Program-made: the position numbers and the translations under genes
DNA from: Balanoglossus misakiensis
Lineage: Eukaryota > Animalia > Hemichordata
Length of the DNA stretch: 64,000 nucleotides
Assembly (NCBI GenBank): GCA_040954595.2
Contig: CM082596.2
Location: 2,164,999 to 2,228,998, forward strand
Direction: 5' to 3'
The notes under the pieces: generated by a model
The model's database searches: none
What the model was told of the DNA's origin: nothing
The model's input: only the letters and a program-made list of their open reading frames with translations
Part shown: positions 52,401 to 63,060 of the stretch, piece by piece
How positions within the stretch are numbered: position 1 is the stretch's first letter
Layout of the letters: every line of letters begins with the position of its first letter

Positions 52401-52848
52401 CCTCTGCCAATTCACGCGCCTTCCTAACCGATGAATAGAATCGCCGGTTGTAGGCCATTCGTATCTTGATATCTCGGCCATCAGCTTTAGCACTCTCAGC
52501 AACTTTCAGCACTTCAGCGATTTCTTCGCTATTTCTCCCACCAGGTTTCTCGAAAAGGATTCGGTTTACTCCGTGTTGAATGAGCTTGATGGTGCAGCTA
52601 GCAAGACTCGGGATACTTACAGTCACTATAGCATTGACCGAGGTGTTGTTAGGAGAGATCGGATTGGCCGCTAGAAAAGGCTCAACTCCACCCAGGTGCA
52701 CGGAGTGGCCAGTCTTCTCTTCAAACTTGGCAGCACTTTCAGCTCCGCGACCAATCACCTCGTACTTGACGCCAAGATCCGTCAAGACTTTGGCATACTC
52801 GGCAGCATGGACCCCAGCACCAACCAGCCATACAACAGCGTCAGACAT
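46404..52848 (-). CDS. Tandem fusion of two bacterial-type Gfo/Idh/MocA-family NAD(P)-dependent oxidoreductases, ~662 aa, 11 coding exons
   Basis: Minus-strand exons 52848-52320, 51728-51514, 50956-50813, 50172-50046, 49258-49174, 48618-48411, 48098-47970, 47824-47672, 47476-47321, 46998-46906, 46553-46404. All introns are GT-AG with compatible phases, total 1989 nt, no internal stop. Unit 1: VWLVGAGVHA, FEKPGG, AYNRRF, FEFTEWSH, WFLGNSHVLDLAF, ANWAAPGRW, FRPLEKL, FKPGL. Unit 2: VLIVGAGNIGSRHLQSL, IIATTS, ILEKVLFQ, WGLCCNGLH, SKR, C-terminal CPIT*. Minus-strand AATAAA at 45946-45941. Confidence 0.9.
48222..48390. repeat. (TATG)n / (TATC)n microsatellite in an oxidoreductase intron
   Basis: Pure TATG run followed by TATGTATC units. 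It produces spurious MYVC ORFs. Confidence 0.95.
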
Positions 52849-55183
52849 TGTTACCAGTCACACTGAAAATTACAGATATGAATAAATGCAATCGTGTCGG
52901 CCAGGCAGGCAACAGATGCCAAAAAAATGACATGATTAGATTTTCACTTCATTGATTAGAAGCCACTTTGGCCCAGCCATTCAAAGACTTGGCATTACTA
53001 TCTCAGTATGCAGTCTGTCTGGGTCTAGATTTGTTGCGGGGTCAACGTCCGTAGCCCTACCCCATTCCAAACATACAGTCAGGGGAGTGGTAGGGCTACG
53101 GATCCGCAGAAAGGCCCAGCCTTACGAGTTACGTGTACACCGGGTGTCCGGCTTTGGCTACTCCCGGTACAGAGGGGCACAGCCTGCAGCCTAGCTAGCC
53201 GGACACTCTCGTACAACTAACAAGTAGAGCTCCCGGCGCGCCCACACCGTCGTCAAGGCAGTGTGTGAAATGTACATGACTCCAAAGCGAAATTGACAAT
53301 TTTAGTTCACACACTTTTTGAGCAACCGTGGCCGTTGTTCACAACACACGTTGATACACGCAACTATATTACGTAATTTGTACACGCAGACAGTCTTCAC
53401 ACAATCATGAATACCGTTATATGCATATCGCATGTATCACTTTCGATGGCACCGGCGCGGCTGGCCCGGCCCTAGCTACACGCCGAAATAATGAATTTCA
53501 TTTCATTCGCCTCACCTTTGCTTGGACCGTATGGAACACAGTGTAACTGTAAGAACAACCCAGCAGGTGATGAACAGCAAACACAATCAGTAGTATGGTC
53601 AGTTTTAAACAACCACACAGTCACTACCTTCGACCAGAGCATATGCACACAGTTTTATACACCCCACCCGACAGGAACTTGGACTGTTCCATTTTACACA
53701 CGTAATATATACAGTTACAGCAGCCCCATCGCGAAGCGATCGTATCTCGTGCCTTTGGTCTCTCACACACATCCTGCTGCAGTGTTGTCTAATTGATATC
53801 GACATCAAACGCCTATCTTATTACTAGTACAAACCTGTCAGACTGTAAATGCATTGCAACCCGATATTATCAAAGGAATGCATGGGTTTCGAAATATATG
53901 ACTAGTACTAGCGCGCCTCACCTTTACTTCGACCGTATTATGAATGTAAGAATCCACCGACTGAAATTGAAGGGATGGACTGCAAATCTAATCAGGTAAA
54001 TGGCCAGAACCACGCTACACTATCCCAGCCAGAACCTCGCAAACACAGTCAACAAAGAATGCAAAATCAGACCACGCCAAGATATGAGACGCGCCCCCGG
54101 ACAAACCGGTAATATGGACTGCGCCCTCAAACGTGTGATGTCATCACCATCCCCTATTACCCTAGAGGACTACCACCAAATATATAATACAATGTAATAC
54201 ATTTTCTGTGCTTGGGACAGTCTGTTACGATTGTTTATATAAATATATTTTTAAATGATATTATTTGTCAATGCTGTTTCCTGTATTCATTTGCGTATAG
54301 TATGGTGCTCCCATGTTCATGTTTGTCTTCCTTGATGAGGGGTAACCATGGATACACAGGTTTGACGTGGCAGTTTATTGCACTGTGGCCTGTGCAACTA
54401 GGTCATTCAAACGCCAACAACTTCATATGCAAAAAAAGACCATTTGTGCGATATTACTTCCTCAAAGCTAATTTTATTTACAAACACTGTTCAATCTAAA
54501 CACAACAAGTTATCGGATCTGGTCATAAAGCATTCGCTTATTGCTCTTCTGCAAACAAGATCACTACATCAACTTCATCAAGCCAGCAAATTAAAATAAC
54601 TTGAATCAAGCAAATTCAAACAGACCGTGTCTTTTTTTGAAAACCATGGTACACATCCATAAAACACTTCTCCCCCAGACTGGTGAAAAATAAGCCCTAT
54701 AGTGACATTCTAAGTGACAAGCTATTCTTCGCATTTCCCTGTGAATTGGTCCAGTAGCATCTTTCTTTCACCCCTATTTCCCAGTAATCTGGTCCAACTT
54801 CATCACAGAAAACAATGGACTTGGACCAAACCATGGTGGCGAAAGGGTTAAACAGGACTGAAAAAAAAGATTGGTACATTCTGCAGAACATGTCTTGAGT
54901 CTTTGCTGGTATTCGGAAGTTCAGGGGTGTTGTTCCAAGTTGCAAAGTTTGGATAAGCATCTCTTGAGGAAACATACAGCAAGTACTGTTGTCAGGTACA
55001 GCAACATGCTATGATCAACAATTTGTATCTTCTCGAGACATCTACTTTGAAATTCGTTGATGCACACTACAGCGCTGCACTGTAAAGTTCCCCATCAGAA
55101 TGATGTCTGCATTTACGTTCTTGAAATTTTGAAATCAATGCAATATTTCAGTCCAAGATGGGTTAATGGGGATAAAACTCCTA

Positions 55184-55773
55184 TTAGTGGTGATCATTCT
55201 TCTTATCCTTTTCTAGGTATTTTTCCACGCCAACAGCCGCTATAAAAAGGATAGCACCCCACTGGAAACCACGGAATATCATTCTTGGCAAGCTGACACC
55301 ACGAATCAGTGGTTGGTACCGCCACACCTCATTCCTGCCAAAAAAAGAAGAAACAGCAAGTCACAATTGTTACCTGACACTTCTGAATAGTGATGTGCTG
55401 ATGTAAACATTCATAAGTTTAGCCTAGTTGGCAACAGAGATCATGTATGATGTCCAATTTCAAAGAAGTGAATCATTCTTTTTCAATCACGTCGTATGAT
55501 TCCTTTATATTGGGGCATTTCATGTTTTAAAATTTAAATGCCAGATTCAGCTTTAATAATGGAATTATTGGTAAACAGTTTATAAAATAGATGATTTGGT
55601 AGCTTGCAGTCTAGTGTCAATGTGACCTGTGCAGCTGTCTGGAATTTCACTAACCTCAACCAGGGGTCTTTTAATCCTTTCCTAGCGAGTAATTCTTCTA
55701 CTTCTTTCAATTCTGGTACATCTTTGACCTGCCACTTTCTCCAATCCGGTATTTCATACGGCAATTTCCCCAT
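55184..55773 (-). CDS. NDUFB3: NADH:ubiquinone oxidoreductase subunit B3 (complex I B12), 89 aa, 2 coding exons
   Basis: Exons 55773-55655 and 55334-55184 give MGKLPYEIPDWRKWQVKDVPELKEVEELLARKGLKDPWLRNEVWRYQPLIRGVSLPRMIFRGFQWGAILFIAAVGVEKYLEKDKKNDHH. This contains the NDUFB3 signature LxxxGLxDPWxRNExWRY and a single TM segment. Confidence 0.95.
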
Positions 55774-55832
55774 TTTTTGCAGTACGTGCGTGCCAATTTC
55801 AGCAGAGTTGAGCACAGGGGTAGTGACCTCGA

Positions 55833-55920
55833 CCAATCAAAATGGCGCCTCCCCTAGTGCCAGAGGGCGCTGACGCCGATGACTAAAGTTAGCTTTAGAT
55901 TCAACGTCGGTTTCGGTTTC
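55833..55920. promoter_or_regulatory. Probable bidirectional promoter between NDUFB3 and the caspase gene (CCAAT, YY1-like, ISRE-like motifs)
   Basis: CCAAT at 55833, CAAAATGGCG (YY1 consensus) at 55838-55847, GCCAGAGGGCGC at ~55859-55870, GGTTTCGGTTTC (IRF/ISRE consensus) at 55909-55920. The caspase ATG exon starts at a splice acceptor (56896), so an upstream non-coding exon must exist. These are motif matches only. Confidence 0.5.
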
Positions 55921-56343
55921 TGTGTTGGGTACTAGTAGTTTCGAGGGGTAGTTGGCACAATTGCTTTTGTACACTTATTATGATAAGCAATTAATAGAAA
56001 CGTTTAAAAGTATCTTTGCCAACAGGCTTTGTTCAAAGTTACTAGTGTATCACCTTAGATTGTTATGACACTGATACTCAATTCCCAGGTGATGGTGTTG
56101 TTCATTTGCCACAACACCATAGAATGCCATAGAATGTGGTTCACAGTACAAAGTGTAATATACAGCTCAGTTTTTTTCACATAATCTTAGAATGACATAT
56201 GCATTTGGACAATAAACAAAACAGACTTGACGACTGATCTTCGCCACCGCATATACTATATGCGTCTCACTGTACAAAATGGCTAACTCCCATCGTAGAG
56301 GGCGATATGTCGAACCATAATATGACATTACGTACTTATTCAG

Positions 56344-56354
56344 GGGGAATTCCC
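56344..56354. promoter_or_regulatory. Consensus NF-kB site upstream of the first coding exon of the caspase gene
   Basis: GGGGAATTCCC matches the kB consensus GGGRNWYYCC. Motif match only. Confidence 0.4.
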
Positions 56355-56659
56355 GTAAAATTGTCGTAAGATGGTGGCAGAAATTCCATGAAAAACTACC
56401 CACTGATCAACTCCAAACTGTGGAACTAAAAGACTGTGGCGTACGGAACAAATGTGTAACATGCGCTGGGTGTAACATCAATAGTAACCTGTTATCGTTT
56501 ACTTTACTGTGAGGTACGTATACGGTATAGAGGTCATGTATGATTTCGTGTATTTAAAATGGAAACGTAACCTTATCTCTAGACAACAATGTTATACGCT
56601 AATACAGGGCAAAATAAGGTCAAGAAAATGTTTGGTACATGGAACATGCACATCAAATA

Positions 56660-56812
56660 TGTCTGTCTGTCTGTCTGTCTGTCTGTGTGTATGTATGTAT
56701 GTATGTACATGTATGTATGTATGTATGTATGTATGTATGAATGTATGTATGTATGTATGTATGTATGTATGAATGTATGTATGTGTGTGTGTCAGTGTGA
56801 ATGTGTATGTAT
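56660..56812. repeat. (TCTG)n/(TATG)n/(TG)n compound microsatellite
   Basis: Directly visible simple repeats upstream of the caspase ATG exon. Confidence 0.9.
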
Positions 56813-56912
56813 ATAGGTAATAATTGGCTTTAATATGATTTGTATATTCATATAGGTTATAATCTTAATAACTGTTCCCATTTCTTTCTATTACAGAAAA
56901 TCTAAGTCCATC

Positions 56913-59900
56913 ATGTATTGCACAGACGCACAGATGGATTTGAACTACCGTAAGATTCTCAAAAGCGTAGATGAGAACATGATGGCTAGAGATTTCAACT
57001 CACTTAAGTTTCTATGCCAGGACTACATCCCTGCCGGAAAACTCGAAAATGCCAGGAAACCCAGGGATATTTTCCAGGAGCTTGAATACAAGGGATACCT
57101 AGGACCTGGGGAGAAACTTTACTTTCTGGCAGACCTCTTGCAAAAGATTCACAGAGTGGATCTGATTAAAAAGTTGGGATTAGGAAAACCCAGGGATGTG
57201 CATCTGAAGATTGAAAGAGATGGACGGCCAGGCCCTCAGTTTACTCCCTTTAGGTAAAGTGACATTTGATGAATTTGTGTTATTTTAAATGAGAGTGAAT
57301 CTCATACAGACTTAGGGCATGTGGTCTGTTGGTAAGATTACCAGAGATGTAAATAATGAGTAATTTTAATTGCATTCATTTCATTTTGCAGGTTGCTGTT
57401 ACTCTCAGTGTGCGACAATTTGACAAACGATGATTTGGAGACACTTAAATTCTACTGTCATCCGTTTATCAGCAAGGGTACAATGGATGAGATGAAAGAT
57501 GCGCCCTCAATGTTGTCATTCCTGGAACAGTCTGCCCGTATCGGAGAAGATGATGTGGATTTCTTGGCTGATATGATTGACTCGCTGGAAAATGAACAGT
57601 TGCTTGGGAAAGTGAATGCTTATAAAGGTAGACTAATTGCCTTACCCTTTCTTGTAGTTTTGTGTTCAAACAGCAAAAAAACACTAATGAAATTTGTTGT
57701 CCAACTGTCATCTGTTGTTTATTTTTTATAGCAAATATAGGTTCATCATCATCATCAGACCACGAGGAGACAAAATTGTACCAGCCAATACAGCCGCAGC
57801 ACAGAATGGTACCGAGTGGAAGAGGTTTCAACGACATCCCACGATACGCAGCAATTCCTCAAGCAGAGATACCACTGATGCCACCATCATATTTTATGAG
57901 TGGCAACTACCGAATGCCGAAGACCCCGTACAACCGCCAAATGTGCCAACAGCCAGTTAGTTATCCACCAGTTGAACAAAGTGGGCGCTATATTGGAGTC
58001 GTGCCAGCTGAACCTGATGCAAGAGTTGCTACTCCCCATCCACAGACACCAGTGCCAGGTATGTGGGAACAATTTCATCTGCAGATCCTTAACAACACCC
58101 TGCTCAACACATCATAGTCATGTGAGAAGCATCATCTTAAAACCATAAACCTTTTTCTGGAAACTGCTTCAAATTGTGTTACAGAGAGACATCTTAAAAC
58201 TGCTGTCAGAATTCCACTAGTGAGAATTTATGTCAAAACATTCACACGGCGATATGTTTGTAGAATTTGCGTTGGAAATTTCTTGAAGATGAGACATTTC
58301 TAGACGTTATCACCTTTTGTGTTTGCAGCTCAAGCAGGCGTTGTAGAAGGAGAAGCACCCAGTCAAACACCAACGTGTGTAAGTAGCCACCAACAGCCAG
58401 AAGAAAACATGGCCGCACCCGCAAACCAAGAGGAGAACGAGGTGGCAGTCACAGAGAGGCAGAGTCAACAGCCGCAAGAAAACGTGACAGTGTCTCAACC
58501 CGGTAGCCTGGTTGAGGAAAGTGAACGTGTTCCAAGTCAGCCGCAAGAGTTTGCAGAGAATTCCGTAGTGGTGGCAAACAGAATTCCAGGTATTTCAGTG
58601 TTTTGTGTGAAGTCACACACCTTAGATAAATAAGGTGTCGCATGATAGAGAAAATGTGTCTCTCTGTTGGGTGTTGTCTCAATAATCTCTGCAAACTGAA
58701 TACCTCTAAAGACCGAACAGCAACTTGGTGATATGTTTGTGTGAACAAGACATCTGTATGTTTACATTTCCAGGAGAGCTGAATATCGTGCGAGGTCATC
58801 CACAAAGTGCACGTCCAGTGGAAAATGTCCAGGTGACGGAGTCATCCCAAGAAAATCAGGAATTGTCGACGCGGTTGCAGAGATTAAATTTTGAACAGGA
58901 AAAAATTGAGATGCCATCGTATAACATGAAGACAAGTCCACTCGGTTTGTGTATTATAATCAGCAATGAGCATTTCCATGTCGACAGGCGTTATGAGTCA
59001 AGTCGTCCATTAGAAGACAGAAAAGGAACAAAGGTTGATAGAGGTAAAAATGACATTGCATGTGGATGTGTGTGTGTATCCATCTACCTACATGTATCCA
59101 TATCTATCTTTGTTCTTTCTAGGTAGAGTTGACTTTCTGATTGGCTAACTAGCTGGCTACATGTATATGTATTTATCGCATCTACCTGAGCAACCTCCCG
59201 TAATTCTTCTATACCTACCTACCTTTACAGTGAACTTGCCCACCCACCAACCTTACTACAAATAAAATGCATTTTCTCTCTTTATGATTTGTTTTCAGAT
59301 AACTTGTTTTACCTTTTCCGGGGGCTGGATTTTGTATTAGATGTAAGAAATGATCTCACAGCGAAACAAATGCGTGATTGGCTGGATGCCATTGGGAGAC
59401 AGGATCACTCTGGATTCAGCTGTTTTGTCTGCTGTATTCTTAGTCATGGCTCGGCTGGCACTGTGTATGGTGCTGATGGGGTCCCTGTTGATGTGGGTGA
59501 CCTGACCCGCAGTGTCAAAGGGTCTCGCTGCCCTACTCTGGTTGGAAAGCCTAAACTCTATTTCATGCAGGCCTGTCAAGGTCGCCGTCAACAAACTGGA
59601 GTGCAGTTGGAGATCGACAGCATTGATGATCAACCGGCAGACAGCATCCCGAATGAAGCAGACTTCCTTTTCGGTTATGCTACTGTTCCGGGGTTTGTCT
59701 CCTACCGCAGTAAGACACAGGGATCCTGGTACATCACGAAACTAGTGGAATGCATTGATAAGTATCATGAGCAGTACGACCTCTTGAGTATCATGGTCAA
59801 GGTCAATGAAGAGGTTGCCAAGGCGATTGCAAAAACACAACAAGGTGAAAGGAAGCAAGTTCCCGCGCCATTAGTTACCTTGCGCAGGAAAGTTTTCCTC

Positions 59901-59927
59901 CAGCCAATTCAAAAACCAGTTGTCTAG
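56913..59927 (+). CDS. CASP8: Caspase-8/10-like initiator caspase (two death effector domains, long Pro/Gln/Glu linker, catalytic domain), ~684 aa, 6 coding exons
   Basis: Exons 56913-57253, 57392-57627, 57741(or 57732)-58058, 58329-58589, 58774-59043, 59299-59927. DED1 LKFLCQDYIP...LLQKIHRVDLI, DED2 LKFYC..., GLCIIISNEHF, RKGTKVD, CCILSHG (catalytic His), KPKLYFMQACQG (catalytic Cys), LEID cleavage site, GSWYI. The symbol is family-level because CASP8 versus CASP10 is a vertebrate split. Confidence 0.92.
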
Positions 59928-61324
59928 TACATCTGTTTTGAAGTTTGTACTTTCAGCCACCTCTTAAAGCAAATCCTTGCCTTTTGTTTTTCGGTGATGC
60001 AAGTTTGTCTGTAATTAGAAACATGAACACAGCATTATAACACATGTTTGTGATCGGAATTCAGATATGTTCAGTGTTTGTCAGTTGAGCACTGGAAGGA
60101 AGTCTAATACATTTATTTCAACACTATTCAAGAATCCACATTTCCTTGGAGAGTTGGGACATTAACAGATAGTGTGGATACATAAACATGCTGATAATAT
60201 ATTCACATTGTTATATACCAGTACTTCTCAATTCGTATCAGTATATGTAGCTTTATTAAAGGATTTTAAATTCCATGGTTTTGGAAAGACTGTCCTTTAT
60301 TATCAGCTCTGTCTACTCCAGAGAGAAATTATGATTTGTACTTTTCAATATCAACCATTTTTTCTCATTGCTTAAATGTATATTGCATATAATGTCTGCA
60401 AGTCATTTTGAATTTATTTCCTTCAAGTCATCAGATCTTGAGCCCAAGCGCTGTTGTAACGTGGTGCTTTTATAGCCACACTATATGTATGTGTGTAGTC
60501 ATATTCTGTATGGACAGGAAATGATTATGAGCATTAAATCCAACCTAGCATGGGAATACTCTACATGTCTGACTTCTGTGTCTTTTTTAGATTACATTGT
60601 GTCAAAACTCTGGAGTAAAGTCGGGAGAATTCAGGGCGATTTTCTTGTCCAAGTTATCCATTCTTTTATATGGTGAAGTTGGACCTCTATACAGAGAAAT
60701 GGGGGGGGGGGGGGGGTGTGTGTGTGTGTGTGTGAAAGGGCTGAAAGACTTGGAAAGAATCAACATATTATCTTTGTTTATACGTGGGATCTTCAAATCG
60801 TCTAGAGTACGTGGAGCAGGCCCAGGTGGTATGTGACTTATCTGGTTGATACAGACTTCGGTCAATGAAATAATGAAGTACTTGTTGATTACCATCGAGA
60901 TATTACTGAGAACTATACCATGTGTAGCATTGGTGCTACTTGATAAAATATATAATGTGTGATATTACAGAACTGCAAAAATATTTTTAATGAAAACTTT
61001 TCGGAATTTCTTTTAAATTTGCAATCATTCCATTTAATTCAAATAAATAAAACAGTATGATAAAAATTATATTGACAAAGATCCAACAGAAATGAGAAAA
61101 AATAAAAATGCAACATTGACTATAAATTTCACTGTACACAAATGTATACAACAACCATCGATAAAAGTTTTTATCATGTATCAAATAAGTAATGTAATGT
61201 TTGAACAAAAAAGTAACGTGAGAATTGAAACAGCCAGTTTGTACATATTACTTGGAGAACGGCATTCAGTTACATTCACTCTAGCTGCGTTTTGAGGATT
61301 GGAAGTTGGAAACTTTTGTCAAAA

Positions 61325-63060
61325 ATGAGGACATGCATATTTCTGGCCCTGGTAGGAGTTGCCTTAGGTAAGAAAACTTGTGAAATGGCAAGAAACATAA
61401 AAAACAATAACTTTTTCTGATGTATTTATGGAGCTCTTTACGAAAGTGTCTTTTGCATCATTTCATAAACTTTGCACTTGCGACCATAAGTTTAATTTTG
61501 TTTTTAATAACTCTGTCGATGTTATGATTGAAAGGTATGAAAGAACCCTATCAGGAAGAGCCATGTCTTAGCAATGGTGGAACCTGTGTCGAGACTGCAT
61601 GCTGTCCCAGTAATAACTACGTCAGCGGACAATGTCCAACACAGTCAGACGGAATCAAATGTTGTTACAGCACACCGACGTGTCGTAAGTTTCATTAAAA
61701 CGAAAAACTAATAATTTCAAACACTTCATTGTTTTTTAGTTCTTTTTTAAAATTGTCTTTTTTATTATTCGTGAAATAAACTTAGATCTGAAACATTAGA
61801 AGACTTGGAAATACTTCTCAATATTTTGTAAGGCTTCGACTATTTGATCCCATCTCCACTGCAGCCACCAATATACTCTCTGTCTCTAACTCCCCCTCTA
61901 GCTTACAACGAATCACCATGTCAGGATAATGGTGGCGTCTGTGAATATGACTATTGCTGTGATAACTACCAGTCTGGAGAATGTCCATCGCAAGCTGGCA
62001 ACATCAAGTGCTGCTACAGCACTCGTAGGTGTTACATGTGCCAATTTTTAATATTTATTCATATTTCCATATTCATATTTTAGTTTTAGTACACAATATG
62101 CTCTATCAGAGAGTGTCATAAGGTATAGTAAATTCCTTTGAAAACTTGCAACATTCAGAAAGTAACTTCAATTCAGCTACATAGTGAACTTTTCTCTCTC
62201 TCTCTCAGCTACTTGTAGTGGCAGTGGCTATGTACCAGAGGCCTGTTTAGAATGCATTTGTTTTGTTGAAAGCAACTGTTGCATGTTAAGTGGAGGACCT
62301 ACTGGCCTTGAGCACTGCGTATATGATGTCACCAGTTACTCATGCGGACCTTATCAAATCAAAGAAGACTATTGGATAGATGCCCAGATGTACGGTGGTA
62401 GCTTGATGGGAGGTAAGGTCATAGTTTGTCAGTTTTAACATTACATGGTGATGGGATATACTCTCACACTGTATTACTAGAAAATATTGACAAACACGTT
62501 TTTCAATGGACTGGTAGATGCATTGTGAATGCATGGTTGTAGCCTGACACACCATCCTACTCTATACTGCCACCTATAATTTACATATATACCTATATAT
62601 GGACAAAGGGAAGTGGTGTGTCTAAATGTTTGAACGATCTGCTAAATTTGAAATTTCCATGGTGACAGTGGTTATTATTGCAAACACATATGTACCTTTA
62701 GTATTACCACTGAAAGGATTGTTCAAATAACGCATATTACTGAGATGTACCCAAAAGAATTTGTCTAATTTCCATGTTACAATATACTGTACAGAAAAAC
62801 ATATTCTTCCTTGCTTGACAGATTGGGGAACATGCACAGCCGATTGGGGATGCTCAGAAGACTGTGTGAATGGATACATGCAACGATACGCAACTGAGGC
62901 CAGACTCGGCACCACACCGACCTGCGAGCATTTCTCTCGTATCCACAACGGCGGACCCAATGGCCACGAAAATCCAAACACCGTCGCTTACTGGGAAAAG
63001 GTTTTGGATTGCCTCAACCAGGGAAGTTGCTGTGAACCGTATCCACCAACTTGGTGTTAA
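61325..63060 (+). CDS. Invertebrate-type (i-type/destabilase) lysozyme with two N-terminal Cys-rich defensin-like modules, ~252 aa, 5 exons
   Basis: Exons 61325-61367 (signal MRTCIFLALVGVALG), 61535-61684, 61902-62024, 62209-62412, 62822-63060. Signature motifs CLECICFVES, YDVTSYSCGPYQIKEDYWID, CSEDCVNGYMQRY, CEHFSRIHNGGPNG. AATAAA at 63238. Confidence 0.92.

Noticed and set aside
46404-52848. Bacterial contamination, or two separate oxidoreductase genes
   Set aside because: There are ten phase-compatible spliceosomal introns (one holding a TATG microsatellite like that next to the caspase gene) and the flanking genes are animal. There is no stop codon between the two units within exon 4.
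54820-54851. Possible piggyBac-like MITE end (...GGTGGCGAAAGGGTTAA)
   Set aside because: No matching left terminal repeat or second TTAA could be identified, which is too little to call an element.
55534-55836. 100-aa ORF as the full NDUFB3 protein
   Set aside because: Only 55773-55655 is coding. The ORF starts at a non-ATG codon and runs into the intron, and the true C-terminus is on exon 55334-55184.
56913-59927. cFLIP-like inactive pseudo-caspase
   Set aside because: The catalytic His (SHG) and Cys (QACQG) are both intact.
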